Shown: in pieces, positions 25,520-38,799 of the stretch
Numbering within the stretch: position 1 is the stretch's first letter
Layout: every line of letters begins with the position of its first letter
Assembly: GCF_016432865.1 (NCBI RefSeq)
Contig: NC_067400.1
Span: 562,154,001-562,218,000, forward strand
Source: Antechinus flavipes
Taxonomy: Eukaryota
Direction of reading: 5' to 3'
DNA length: 64,000 bases
Made by a program: the position numbers and the translations under genes
The notes under the pieces: model-generated
Told to the model about the DNA's origin: nothing
The model's input: only the letters and a program-made list of their open reading frames with translations
The model's database searches: none

Positions 25520-25890
25520 TATTTATTAAATACTATGTTCTAGGCATTGTGCAAAGTTCTGACATACAAATTACAAGCAAACTGGACAATAGTGCCCTCA
25601 AGGAGTTGACATTTCAGTAGGGGAAGACAACTCATAAAAGGGATCTGGAAAGCTGAGTGTGGGAGAAGATGCCAGCAAGAAGTGAAAAAGGCTGGTGGTG
25701 AGAGCATGGAGAAGATTGGAGAGTGAGCTGATCCTGAAGTGAAAGAAGCATGAAATGATGTTCTAGGCATGGAATCACTAATCAGAAGATGAGATCTCAA
25801 GGAAGAAGCACTGTCAAGGATGGAAAGGTTCCCATCTAATCCAATCCAACAAGTGTTCTCCAAGTGCCTACTATATGCAAGGCACTGGGG
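25520..25890 (-). mobile_element. L2 3' fragments
   Basis: tatttattaaatactatgttctaggcattgtgc...gccctcaaggagttgacattt. Confidence 0.6.
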
Positions 25891-26419
25891 AGTCAGTGAA
25901 AAATCTGGCTCCTGAGCTCATGCAGCATCAGTTAGGAATTGAGGCAGTCAGATAATATTTAAAAAAGCTCTGTTCTTGGAGTTAGAAGATCTGAATTCAA
26001 GTTTCAGTATTGATTCGTGTTCGATGTGTATCCTTAATCAGGTCATTTAACTTCTGTGAGCCTCAGTTTCCCCAACTGTCAAAATGAAAACAAAATTGTA
26101 CTACATCCTCTATGGACTTTTTTTTGATGAAGAAAGTACTTTTTAAATCTTAACATGTCTTTAGTCCTTTAATGTTAAATAATATTCACTCTTTATTTAA
26201 AAAATATAGAGAGGTTGGAGAGTTCTTGCTTAATGTCTAACTTGTTATATTGTATGCCTGCTTCCTCTCTTGGATCTTCATGAAGCTGGGGTGCTTGTGT
26301 GGGTAGGTGATATTTTGGAGTCATGTGAAGAGAAATAGAGAAGCTCCCAGGAATATCCTTAATTACAGATGCTAGCTAATAGAACTTAGCTGGTTCAACA
26401 TGCAATCTGATGTTTGTTT

Positions 26420-26925
26420 TGAAGCGCTCCAAGTACTTTCCCATGTGTGACCTGCATTCTGGTCAAGATGTTGAAAGACTGGAGAAAATCCAGAGGAAGA
26501 CAGCCACAACAGCAAGGGGCCTTGAATTCTTGCCATGGGAAGATCAGTTGAAGAAACTGGGGATGTCTAGTTTGAAGAAGAAAAGACACATTGGGGCACA
26601 AGGGAGCTGTCTTCAAGTCTTTGAAGAATTGTTACAAGGAAGAGGGATTAGACATGCTCTGCTTGGTCGCAGACATCAGAAATAGAAACAACTAGGGTGA
26701 AAATTGGGGAAGGGAAGCTACACAGAGGTGAATTTATGCTTGATTTAAGGAAACACTTCCTAATAATGAGAGCTTTCCAAAAGTGGAATGGATTGCTTCA
26801 AGAGGGAGTGGACTTTCTCTCATTGGAGGTTTTCAAGAAAAGCCCAACTGACCACTTGTATTGGACTTTTGTTCAGATATGGATTGAGTTATCTGGTCTC
26901 TGGGGTCCTTTTCAGCTCTGAGAGT
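26420..26925 (+). mobile_element. CR1/L3 LINE 3' end
   Basis: Translates DVERLEKIQRKTATTARGLEFLPWEDQLKKLGMSSLKKKR and LDLRKHFLIMRAFQKWNGL..SLEVFKK, typical of the CR1 ORF2 C-terminus. Confidence 0.9.
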
Positions 26926-27119
26926 TTTTTGATTTTGGGATTCTCATTCTATGACCCTGATTGTTCTCAGACCAGCTCTGGGATACTGAAAATTCTTGCA
27001 ACTTTGTAGTTGAAGAAACCAGGGTCCCAGGTAGATATGGGCACCGTTCAGTTGTAAAGCCACAACTAAGTGGCAGAGACTGACATGGTATTTAGATATC
27101 TGAGAGTCCAGGCTGCAGA

Positions 27120-27360
27120 CCAGGGCATATAGCTTTCGCCCAGAGTAGGGAGAATCTAAGTTCAAATGTGACCTCAGACACTTACAAGCTGTGTGATCCT
27201 CAGCAAGTCATTTAACCCCGTTTGCCTCAGTTCCTCATCCGTAAAATGAGCTGGAGAAGGAATGGCAAATCATTCCAAGTATCTTTGCCAAGAAAACCCA
27301 AATGGGGTCACAAAGAATTGTACATGACTGAACAACAACAACAACAGCAGCAACAACAGC
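27120..27360 (+). mobile_element. MAR1-type SINE with (CAA/CAG)n tail
   Basis: gagctggagaaggaatggcaaatcattccaagtatctttgccaagaaaacccaaatggggtcacaaaga. Confidence 0.85.
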
Positions 27361-28629
27361 TAGCAGGCTGCCTTTTCCCCATCAATCTGAATTTACCACA
27401 AATCTGACCAGAACCTTAGCTGGAATTTGTAACTTCTTCAAGCCTGGTCTCCTAATGAACCATCCAAGGAAATTATATAGAATGAGTTTGATTTGGAGTC
27501 AGGAAAATCAAATACTTACTAGTTGCATGATTCTGGGCCAGGGTTACCATGCTGAGCTTCATTCATCTGTAAAATGGGAATAATAATAGCCCCTACTTCG
27601 CTGAATTTTTGTGAGGGTTAAATGAGAAAATGTACATAAACCTATAAAAGCTGTGTAAATGTGAACTATTATTTGTTATGGGGAGGGATGGAGAGGAAGC
27701 TTTGAATAAAGTCTCCTGGGGTGCCCTCAGATTATTTTTGCTCTCTGGACCTCAGTTTTCTGACTTGCAAAATCAGAATAATTATCTTTGCTCATGGGGC
27801 TATTACTGGGAGCAAATGAAGTAATGGAGCAGATGGCTGGGCAAGGGGTTTTTAAATTGTGAAGCACTGTGTAAATGTTGGATTTTCCTCGGAGGACACA
27901 GGGACCCCTTTGTTACAGAATCCAGAGCTCCTCTGGGTGGGGTGTGGAGAGCAGGGAGGAAGAGGAAGATGAGTTTAAAAGAGTTTTTTTCCTGCTTTGT
28001 CCCTTAGTTTTCCCCAGTCCCGGCTCTCTGATTTTGGGGCTGTGTTGGAGAAGAACAGATGGGCTCCCTGTGGGCTCCTGGGCTGCCGGCAGCAGGTAGC
28101 TAATCCGCTTTTATCTCGTTATGGTGACAGCCACCCTGTTAAATGGAATGGACTATTGATTTGGGGCTCACTTCCAGCCAAAGTATTTTCCATCATGGGC
28201 CTGAGTAGAATAGGAGAAAAGCAACACTGATTAACTCCAGTGCCAGTCAGGGGGAGGCCCAGGCAGAGAGGGAACAGAAGTGAAGGAAGGATGAGGGTTG
28301 GTTGGCAGCTGCTCCTGCCAGTGCTCGGGGGAGGCAGGGGTGCCAGGCCTCTTGCTGCTTAGATGCAGGATCAGACTTGGACTTTGATTCCCTGAGATGG
28401 TGCTAAATGTGGGCAGAGTAGGTTGTTTCCGCTCCCCATTATGGTCTCCATCATCCCTGCTGGCTAGCATTTACACCATGTTTTTGAAGTTTGCAATTTT
28501 TGATTTTTACTGCTCCCGGGGAAATAAGTGCTATTATTGTAACCATTTTACAGATGAGAAAAATGACTCTGAGAAAAGTTAAGTGACTCTTAACTTACTT
28601 GACTTAACTTAGTATCTTAAGATATTAGC

Positions 28630-28770
28630 AGGGTTTGCCATTTCTTTCTCCAGCTGCTTTTACAGATGAGGAAACCGAGACAAGCAGGGTTAACACAAGA
28701 CCACACTTGCTAGAGTCACATAACTAGTAAGTGTTTAAGGTTAGATTTGAACTGAGGTTGTCCGAAGCTC
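28630..28770 (-). mobile_element. MAR1-type SINE fragment
   Basis: gtttgccatttctttctccagc...tttacagatgaggaaaccgag. Confidence 0.7.
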
Positions 28771-30599
28771 TCATGCTGCCTTTCAAGGAGAGATTGGGGG
28801 TCTAATTCCCATGAGAAAGAGGCCATGATTCTTTGGATATCCCTAATCACTCGAAAGATATACAATTCTTATATGTATTTGTGCTTGTGTGTGTATGTGT
28901 ATGTAGAGAGAACTCCACAACTGACTCGCAGTAAAATGGGTTTCTGGGGTTATGTAAGGAGAGGAGAAGAATAAATGTTTCAGATTCTTGCGTATGTGTT
29001 GTTTGAAAAGGGGCAAGTGTGTGTGTTGGAGAGGAAGAGATAGGAAATTTGTTCAGAGAACATATTGGCTAGTTAATCCTGAATGAGCTTATCTGACACA
29101 GTCGGGATGCAGAGGACACAAGGAGGGCTCAGAAGCTCTGATGTCAGGAAATCCTGCCCAGGTGAAGGAACCCTACTGACTGTGAATTCAGTATGGCTCA
29201 GGCCCCTTCAAGGCCATGCTTGTTGCCCTTGAGGGGAGCCGGGCCTTCCTGCCCAAGGAGAACTATACAAGTATGTTTCTTTATCTGCACCATTTATCCC
29301 ACGCTTCATTATTCCATATCTGTCTCCTTTCCCACTCTATTTCATCCTCTCCACCTCCCCCTTGCTCATGAACTTTGGTAGTGAATGATCAATGACCACA
29401 TAAAACAGCTGGAACAAGAGAAAAAGTGGATTTTGTATTGAATGGGTCAAGATCTCAACATCTGGCCAACATCTACTTCTGGGAATGGGTTGGGGAAGGG
29501 GGAAATGGCTTTTGCTACCATGTTCACCCTAGGGTTTCTGAATAGGAAACAAAAATGCCAGATTTTACAGGACTGATGATCTGGAAGGGGCTTCAGATGC
29601 CATCTAGTACAACCCTCAACTCCTTCATTTTTCAGATTATAAATCTAGAACTGGCTGGGACCTCTGAGACCATGACTATTCTCACACCTGCCATTGTTAT
29701 AGATGAGGAAGTTGGGGCTCCTAGAGGTTCCACAGTAAATACATGAGGCTGAAATTTGAACCAGGTAACTGGCATTAAATGCAACACTTTTTCTACTACA
29801 TTATGAAACCTTTTGTTTGGGTGCACCCAACAAGCTGAATGCAAATGGATTTTCTTTTTTTGGTCCAAATATCTTTACTCCACTCAGATCAGGCTCTCTT
29901 GGGCTTTGGTGCTGACTTGTCTGATTGACTATTTTGTCTCAAACTGTGAGAGACAAGAGGTCTGGACCTAGACTCAAAGGAAGGAAGTAATCATTTAAAC
30001 ATCCATCATGTGCCAGACACTGTGCTAAACATTTTATAAGTGTTATTTCATTTGATCCTGATGTACAAGAAAGAAGTAGTGGGTGAAATGGGAGTAAAAA
30101 CAATCTCGAGGCGGAGGTACTAGTGTGAGGAATGAGTAAGCATTTATGTAGCACCTATTATGTGCCAAGAGGCCCTGGGATAAATATCTTGTGAAATAGG
30201 TGCTATTAATGTTTTTATTTTTACAGTTAAGGGAAATGAGGCAAGGAGACTTGCTCAGGCTCACATCACTGGTGTCTGAGGCCATATTTGAACTTGGGCC
30301 TTCCTGACTTTAGAGCCAACACACTAAAGTGATTATGTTCTTAGAGTTCCTAACAGCCTCACAATGAGGCTGGGTACCATCAAATATATGATCTGGACTT
30401 TCATGTCCAGATCCATGGACTAAATATAGAAGCATTTGGAAAAATAATAAGTGTATCCCATGGCCTGAGACCTTAAAACAGGAGTTGGCTGATTGGGGAT
30501 GAGAGTTCTCAGAAACAAGATGCTGAGACTCTATGAAATGATTCCATTAGGGGAACGATATGAGGAGGTGTCTAGAAATTGATATGGCGGCACAGGTCC

Positions 30600-30940
30600 C
30601 TTTTGGTTGCGTTTGAAAAGGACATATACTTTTAGTAGGAACATATAACTGAAGTGAAAACAAAAGTAACAGCTACCTATAAAAATAGTATGGGAGGCTG
30701 AAGACCACCAGAAAGAACTGAACCACTGAAAAAATAAGAAGGAAATTTAAAGGGTGTTTTTTGGTCAAGAAGAGCTAGAAAATGGAAGTTGTAGTTTAGC
30801 AAAGATGGTATGATTTTACAATGGAGAGCAGAAATTCCTCTTCCACCTTGATTCTGTGTTCTCTATGAATGACAATGATCTCTTTGAAATAGAAAATGTG
30901 GACAAAATGTGGCTAAGAAGAAACTGAAGTCTGAGGTAAG
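30600..30940 (+). mobile_element. CR1/L3 ORF2 internal fragment
   Basis: ttctgtgttctctatgaatgacaatgatctctttg...gaaactgaagtctgag resembles L3 consensus upstream of RT. Confidence 0.45.
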
Positions 30941-31135
30941 TATGCTCCTAAATTAAAGTCACAGGTCTGGACGAACCATATTTTTGGGCAGTACAAAGGA
31001 TTTGTTTGGTGAGTTGCTGTTGGCAAATTGTGGGAAAAAGTATGAGGTGCTGTGGGATGGAGTATAGAATTTAGATCTAGAAAGAACCTTAAAGGTCATC
31101 TACTCTTTTCCTTTTATTTTATAGATGAGGATACT

Positions 31136-31416
31136 TGTGATGTCTGGACTAGCTCTCTGGAGGATCTCTGGACCAGCCTGAGTCCTTGATCTTAGGAGAA
31201 GAGTGAAGAGGCAGATTTCACGTGGATGGTCAAACATGGAGTTTGTTTATTCCAAATTCTCTCAAACTTATATACCCTAATACCCTTACATAACTATAGC
31301 ATGTGCTAACTATAGGATAATGTGCATATGAGATCACATAAACAACTTGCTATTGTGTGCAGATATCTCCTTGCCACTTTAGTATCACTCTGCTTTAATT
31401 ACAACACAGATTGTCA
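31136..31416 (-). mobile_element. ERV LTR
   Basis: Minus strand TG...CA ends, TATATAAG at 31274-31267, AATAAA at 31251-31246, preceded by polypurine tract cagggggaa (31425-31417). Confidence 0.75.
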
Positions 31417-31870
31417 TTCCCCCTGACTTCTCAGAAAGGCTGAGAGTCCCTAGGGGGAGATGGGGAGCTGAACCAGACACTGTCAGCAGGGTTCCTTTTA
31501 CTGGACTAAAGGGTCTTACACTTCACCCAGGGTTCCCCACTATTTGTGACCCTCTACAGAAATTGAGATCCCAGAAAGCTGTATAGCATAGAGGGATTTT
31601 AGCAGGAAATAGTGTTTTCTGAGTGAGGTGCAATGGATCTACTTCAGGGGGGATGTCTTTGGGGGCAATGCCTGGGCTTTCTCAGGTACATGCCCCTAAC
31701 TGTGGATGAGCAAGATGGTAACTGTTTGGATATGGATGGTGAGTGAGTGTGAGAGTAAAATGAGGTGGCAAACCTGGGTCACTGGAAGATTGATGGTGAC
31801 AACTGGTAGAGTGCAACTCCAATAGTCTGGCTACTTAGCCTGAATGCCATATGTTTGCCTTTTTTATGGA
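31417..31870 (-). mobile_element. Probable ERV internal sequence upstream of the 3' LTR
   Basis: Contiguous with the PPT/LTR; no recognisable env ORF; far boundary uncertain. Confidence 0.4.
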
Positions 31871-34519
31871 GAACTCATATAAGACAAACCCTTACACAGA
31901 GGTAAGAATGATACAAGAACACTCTCAAGGTCTCCTGAAGAACTATCGATTGTGAAGCCTGGCTAGTTGAACATGAGATGCATTGGGCTATACCAGTGGT
32001 GCAGTGGAAAGGTCTCTGGTTCTGTAAACAGAGAACTTGGGTTCACATGCCCCTTGCTTACCTGCGTGATCCTGGCAGTCAAGTCACTTAGTTTCTATGG
32101 GAATTAATTTCCTCAACTGCAAAATGAAGGTCCTTCCAGATCTAAATCCATGACACTTCCTATTTATGATACTTAGGACAGGACTTCAGATTAGATACAG
32201 GTACTTCTTGTGGGGTCTGGTTATTCCAGCATTCACACCAAATTGGAAATCCAACTAGGGTGTATCAGGCCAACTTGCAGGAAACTGGAAGTTTCTCTTT
32301 CTCTGGAGGGGGAAACATTCTAGGGCTGCAAACCAGCCCTTCAGAGAAAGGGGCTGATCTACAGACCTTTGGCTGAAGGGAAAATTGAGTTGGAATTGAT
32401 TCATATGTCAAAGACTATCAGAAAACTCTTTTTCTTCTCCTTTTTCTTTTTAGCTCTGATTACATTACTCACTCACTTAATAAACTTCAATAATAAACTT
32501 GAAAATAGAGAATTGCATGTCAGGGTAGAAAGGACATCACTGTGAAGCCAGAGGCTCTAGGTTCAAATCCTGCCTCCGGGAGCGGGAAGGGCTAGAATGG
32601 GCATGACAATAAATGTATGCTAAACGGTCCCTGCCTAAGGAATTTATATTCCAATTGGGAAAAATAACACAAGAGCTAGAGATGAGGGGAGTGGATAAAA
32701 CAAATGGTTGGAGGAGTCTAGGAACTCTGTGGAAAGATGGAACCAAACAAGGTAAGTCTAAACCTGGACTAGCGAAACCCAGGGACCTTTAAGGGGCAGG
32801 ATCCAATTTTCAAATGGGAAAAGAATGGGAATAATGGCTTGAGGGGGGGTCATTTGTCAAGCCAATAAGTATTTTTTTTTTTAACTGTGTCTACTATGTA
32901 CCAGGCATTGTATACAAATATAAGCAGAAAAAAAGGATAATTCCTCTCCCTCAAGGAGCTTACATTCAAATGGAGAAAAATAACAAAGGAAACTGAAGAG
33001 GTGGAGGCAGGGCTGTACTTCTGCTATCTCCTAAGGAATGAAGATATGGCTATCCTTAGTGTACTTCTTAAATGGAGACACTGGGAAGAATTTACTCACT
33101 GAACAGAGGAAGAGGCTGCAGTGATAGAGGGAAAAGAGGAAAGGGGAGCATTTAGGTAACACTTACTATATACCAGGCATTGGACAAAGCACTATATAAA
33201 TATCTCATCTGATCCTCCCCAAAACCCTGTGAGGAGGATGCTATTATTATTATCCCCTTTTTACAATTGAGGAAATGAGGCTAAGTGGAAGTAGGGTACT
33301 TCCAGTATGGGAAGATCAGGAGTGAATTCCAAGAGTAAAGTGAAATTCTGGGGGGTGGGAGCAGGAGAAGAAGTTTCTGTGTTGTGTCTTAGAAGAAAAA
33401 TTGTATAGAGTCAGGAGTGCATCCTGGAGTGGAATAGTGAATTTCAAGTTAGGATTTTCTGAGACTTCCAGGGGCTGGGATCTTGGTTCTGACATTTACT
33501 GGCCATGTGACCTTAGACCACTTTCTTTCTGTGAATCTCAATTTTTTTTTTTCATCTGTAAACTGGGAATAATGGGTTGTTCTGTTGAAAAGTAAGCCTT
33601 GGAAACACTACAGAAATAGGAGTTGTTCATTATCATATTCTTAACAATGACTGATCTCCATCTAAGGTGAGCTATTCATCAATTGTTAGTCACTGGTTCC
33701 ATTTCTCAGGTGGAATAACTAAGGCATAGAGAAGCCACACGGTTTGACTTCAAGGATATTCAGGGCTGTCCAAAGACTACTGGGATAGAAGATGGACAGT
33801 GGAAGGAGGTGGGTTGGGGAATCAAAACAGCTGAATTATCTTAGCTGACATCATGTATAGAGCTCAGTTCTCCCCAAGCCTCCTTTACTTCCCCATCCCC
33901 AGCTACAGTTGTTTCCTGCTTTTGGGGAATGAAAAAATACTTTGGTCTGAACTATTTGGTTCTTTCGTAACATCTGCCATTAGGCTAAACGGTGTGTCCC
34001 ATCCCCAACAAGAAGGAACCCTGTCTTGGAGCTGGGAATCATAGGTAGTGGGGAAGGTGGTTGGGATGGGGGTAGGGATGGTGGTCCCTCCCCTTTTCCT
34101 TCCTCTCCCTCCTCCCCCCCCCCCCCGAACTAGGATTGCTCAATAATGATCATAACAACAGCACAAAGCACTTTCCCAAAAGCCTCTCTCTGAGGCGAGT
34201 AAACCTAAGGATTAATATTCCTATTTTGCGGATGAGGAAAACGGGTTCCAGAGAAGGAAAGAGACTTGTTTGGTCTCACACAGACATTGTCAGAGCCTAG
34301 AACAGCAGACAGGTTTCTTGATTGTCAGTCTAGTAAACTTCATATTGCCCTCTGCAGTATGGTCTGACCGAGAGGGAGGGAATGGGACCCTGGCTTTAAT
34401 GGCCCCAGTGACTGATGCTCCCAGGAAACTCTTCCTTGTGGGGAAAGACAAGAGACAGACTACTTCTCCCCTCTCCAGGCTGTCTCCCTCTTTCCCCAGC
34501 CAATCACCTTCTCTTTCCC

Positions 34520-35270
34520 CTCCTACCACCAGAGGGCTCCTGATGAAATATGCAAAAATCAGCAGATGGCAGAAAGCAGTGAAGAATGATACTTGCCATC
34601 GGAAAAACAGCCCAGAAATTCCCCCCTGTGGAGTGAGTGGGTGTGGAGTGGGAGGGAAAAGGGGGAGAAGGGGTCAAGTGCCGCTTGGCCTGGCAGGGGC
34701 AGAAGGAGGTTTGGGAAAGGGTGGGCTGGGAGGATGCTCAGACCGAGGGCAGGAGACATCCTGGGCTAGCTGTTGGGGGGACCAGTGGCTGTCCCAAGGT
34801 CACGCCCAGCCCTGGGCTCCTGGCCAGGGGGGCCCGTGTGACGATGCTAATTCAGATCCAGGGGTGGGGAGCCCAGGCAGTGGGGATTCATTAGTGTAAT
34901 CTGTTCCCCATATCTCTGGTGTTGCCATCGGCCAAACAATAAAAGACACAATATTTACACAACTTACTCTGGGAAGCAATATCAGTCCATTGATTTTCTG
35001 TCCCTCAGATTTTCACAGTCTGAACCTTAATGGTTTTTAATCATAAAATATTAGAGCCGCAGGGCACTTAGCAGAGCCACAAGGTAAGTAATGGGTCTTT
35101 GCCTGCCTGCTTCCCTCTCCCTGGTGGCACATCTCCGTCCCCCGTAAGCTGGTACTGCTAGGGTACGTCAGGGAAACCGTCTGACATAAGAGGAAAAGTG
35201 GCGTCGGCAGTAGGTGGGAAAATCTTGTCCAGCCTCAGTTTTCTCCTCTGGAAAACGGGGAGAAGACTAC
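34520..35270. promoter_or_regulatory. Candidate enhancer/CNE cluster
   Basis: Raised GC and CpG, E-box CAGATG, SOX-like AACAAT, twice-repeated ttgccatcgg motif, canonical G4. Confidence 0.35.
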
Positions 35271-35342
35271 CTCTGGAATATGAATGTTGTAGTGAAGCAC
35301 TTTCTAAGTCTTATAAGAGTTTAATAGTTAAAAATAATCCGG

Positions 35343-35535
35343 AGGCACCTAGAGGGTTCAGTGGATAGAGCACTAGGCTTGGAGTCAAGAAGACCTGAGT
35401 GCAAATATGACCTCACTCACTAGTAGTCACTTAATCTCTGGTTGCCTTAATACACTGGAGAAGGAAATGGCAAATCACTTACCAGGAAAATCATATTGAC
35501 CATGGGATCACAAAGAGCTGGACACAACTAAAGCC
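35343..35535 (+). mobile_element. MAR1-type SINE (internally deleted)
   Basis: cagtggatagagcactaggcttggagtcaagaagacctgag...ctggagaaggaaatggcaaatcact. Confidence 0.75.
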
Positions 35536-35990
35536 TGAAAATTATATGTTCAATTACACAGTGCTTTAGGGTTTGCAAATCAGCTCGTGATTTCACAACA
35601 ACCCTATGATGTAAGTTCTCTTATTCCTATTTTACAAAAGAGGAAACTGAGTCTGGGAGGTTAAGTAATTTGGCCCAGAGTCACACAGATAAGTTAGCAT
35701 CTGAGGCAGTTTGAACTCATTTCTTCCAACTAAAGGTCCAGAGTGCATCTCCACTGTAACACTTAGTGACCTTAAAGTGCTAGAGAGCTTTACAGAGGGT
35801 GACTTGAGCAAACTTAGATGGATCCATGATCTCATAGGTCATAGAATCAGAGCTGGAAGATGCCTGAGAGGCCATACAATTCCTCTCTTTTCCACCTGCC
35901 GTTTTGCAGATGAAGAAATTACACAATTAGTAAATGTCTGAAGCAGGATTTAAAATCAAGTCCTTCTTACATCTATTCTATCCTCTACAC

Positions 35991-36191
35991 CAGTGGTTCT
36001 CACACTTTTGTTTTCAGTATCTTTATCCTATTAAAATTATTGAGGATCTCTCCAAAGAGTTTTTGTTTATCTGGATTATATTTATAGACATTTACCATAT
36101 TGGAAATAGAAACTATTTTTGAATTTATAGACCCTCTAAAAGGGTTTCAGAGATCCCCAGTATTCTCTAGACCATACTTTGAGAATCACTG
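35991..36191 (+). mobile_element. MER33/Charlie1-like hAT MITE
   Basis: TIRs cagtggttctca / tgagaatcactg; perfect 8-bp TSD ctctacac at 35983-35990 and 36192-36199. Confidence 0.9.
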
Positions 36192-37124
36192 CTCTACACC
36201 ATAATTATGTAGAGGGAGTGGGGCATTCCCTCTAGGGATTCAGATCACAGCTCATCCATACTTTCTTATTCTGCATAGATCTTTACCAAATCCTTCTATG
36301 AATCCCTCATAGAGGCTAGATGTGCTATATACTTTCCTTTGTAAATTCACATTTACAGATAGGAGAGGCAGCATGGTTTTGAGTTAGAAGACCTTCTAAC
36401 CTTTAAGACCTTTAAGAAGACTTAAATTGAGTTTAATTCTTGCCTCTGATACATACTATTTGTAACACCATAGATATACCACTCATCCTGTAATTACACT
36501 CTCCAGGACTAAGTTATAGAACAATTTCTGATCTCCATCCATGGTGGGAATTTCCACACCTGGGAGTTCCCTACATGAACAGAATAAAAATTCTAGTTCA
36601 AAACCAACAAAGATCAACCATGTCCTTCTTAGGCATCTCTCTGTTTCTGCTCTTGTTCTGTGACCAAACCCACCTCTTTTACCAGTCGTCTGTCTCCTTA
36701 GTGATGTCTTTTATATATCATATCTTGCGTGAAATCATAATTGTCAGTCTAATTATACTCCATATGCACCTCGCCATTGCCCTTTGAGTTAAATGAAATT
36801 TTGATTCTTCTGAGATCATAGTGCTCTACGATTCTCAGTCACAGAGTATCAGCAGGAGAATATTGTTGGTAAAAAGATGGATTTTGGTGCCAGGCTGCAG
36901 CTTAAGAATCACTCAAAGGACTGCAGTTTTCCAAATGTGTTCTTCTACTTTTCAATTCTGAGATAGGCTCATTGTCCCCTGGCAGAGACTATCCAATATA
37001 CTTTTGGACTGCCTTTTCAAATGCATGTCATAATCCGGATAATATGTATTTGTCATTCTTGAATGGATACTTAGTCTGACTTCTTTTAATAGTATTTTAT
37101 TTTCCCAAATATACATATAGTTAG

Positions 37125-37320
37125 TTTTCAACACTAATTTTTGTAAAACTTTTGTGTTCTAAAATTTTCTGCCTACCTTCCTTATCTCTGCCCTCCCCAA
37201 GACAGCAAGCAATCTAATGTAATTCTTTTAAACATATTTCTATATTTGTCATGTTGTACAAGAAAAATCAGATTAAAGGGAAAAAAACTAAGCAAACATT
37301 AACAAATTAAAAGGTAAAAA
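37125..37320 (-). mobile_element. L1 3' end fragment
   Basis: tgtaaaacttttgtgttctaaaatttt...atgttgtacaagaaaaatcaga. Confidence 0.7.
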
Positions 37321-37859
37321 TACTTAGTCTGATTTATTTTGAATTGACTCATTGCGGAAGGCGTGTAGTATTCTAGGGATCAAAGAAATATGATCAGTAT
37401 CATCCATGAACATCTCATGGCATCTGGAGAGCATCACCCTCTCTTTCTGCATGGGACTTTATTATTCTTCATAGAACTTTAAGGCTTCATTTTACTTTAT
37501 TGTAAAGGTTTTTTTTTTGGGGGGAGGGGTTGTCCTGTGAATATAAAACAACACAGTGGAATTTTGTACTGGCTAAATTTTTTACTTAATTGTGTGACTG
37601 TGAAGATATGGTCTGTTGTAAAAAAAATGTTTATGGAAATCTACCTGTTTTCTTCTCATCTTTTCTTGATATGTATTTATGATGTGGACAGAGACCATTT
37701 TTATAAAGATTTGAAAGAAATTAGAAAGTTTTAGAGGTTAGTAATTGCTGATGTCTTCTGATCATTATTTTTTTTTAAAGCAATAATACTGTCCATGAGT
37801 TTTTTCATTTTTTAGACTTCCCTCATTGAGAAGTGATTGAGTGACTTAAAATTTTTTTA

Positions 37860-38050
37860 TGCATCCAACATGGAGGTTTTCTCTCTCTATGTATATAGTA
37901 ATCATCTAATACCAAGAGATCTAGAGGAAGTCCCCTAACATATTTGATGAAATCCTTATGGAGGATTGTTGATGAGTGGACATAATACAGGCATGGGATG
38001 GTGTCATTGGAGGGAATATTCACAAGGATGAAATCACAAAAATTCATCAA
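37860..38050 (+). mobile_element. RTE LINE 3' end
   Basis: gaggaagtcccctaacatatttgatg...tcattggagggaatattcacaaggatgaaatcac; homologous to the tail at 10985-11190. Confidence 0.6.
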
Positions 38051-38569
38051 AGAAATATCAGAGTATTTGGACAGGCTGAGCTGATCTTGAATTCATCTTC
38101 TTAACAACAATTTCCACTTTTTCATCTATTGAAATAGATGCTGAATTATTGAGTCCAGCTATAATGATGTCAGCGATAATAAAAATACAGAAATGTTAGC
38201 AAATATGTCCCATTTTGATTTTGTTTATTCTTTTCTAGTTTTACCTGTAAATGCTTTCAGGTGGTTTGACTATCTGAGTCTCATACCAGGTCTTCTGTAG
38301 GCTTTATGCCTATTCCACCATTTTCGGGTGTTTTATGAATGATAATGATCATAACCCTTTGTCACCTTTCCCTATAATGTTTAGTAAATGGACTGGCACT
38401 TTATCTATATATTTGTTGAATGATATTTTATTTTTTCTTAGTTACATGTAACATTCATTTAATAATTTTTTGAGTTCCAAATTCTCCCCTTCTCCCTTCC
38501 CTGAGATGGAAAACAATTGGATATAGGTTATAAATGCTGAGTTGGTATTTTAAACCAAGATTGCTTGTG

Positions 38570-38790
38570 ATCACCATGCAACAGTAAGCTGGGAAATATT
38601 TGTCACCTGGTTCCCTGAAAAAAACTGTATTCACCACACCTTTAAATTTAATTTGCATTATTAACATTTTTCTCATTACTTCCTGAAGTCTGTACAATCA
38701 AAATGACAGTAAGTCAAGTCCTGATTTGTAGCATTTGCTGATTGCCAGCGTATAGATGCTCACATTGATTCCAGCTGGTATGACCTGGCT
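38570..38790. mobile_element. hAT (MER63/Blackjack-like) non-autonomous element
   Basis: caagtcctgatttgtagcatttgctgatt...gctcacattg, shared with 59830-60050. Confidence 0.5.
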
Positions 38791-38799
38791 CCAGCCATC

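Noticed and set aside
28587-28625. Clustered short palindromes (aagttaag..cttaactt, tatcttaagata)
   Set aside because: AT-rich junction between two SINE fragments; no evidence of function
7621-32760. Isolated GTRAGT donors on the plus strand (about 7621, 9879, 20775, 30937, 32752)
   Set aside because: About 30 such hexamers per strand are expected by chance, and none has a convincing paired acceptor and open frame
34270-34899. 209-aa plus-strand ORF
   Set aside because: Starts in a MIR-type tail, is Gly-rich because of local GC content, and has no recognisable domain or splice support
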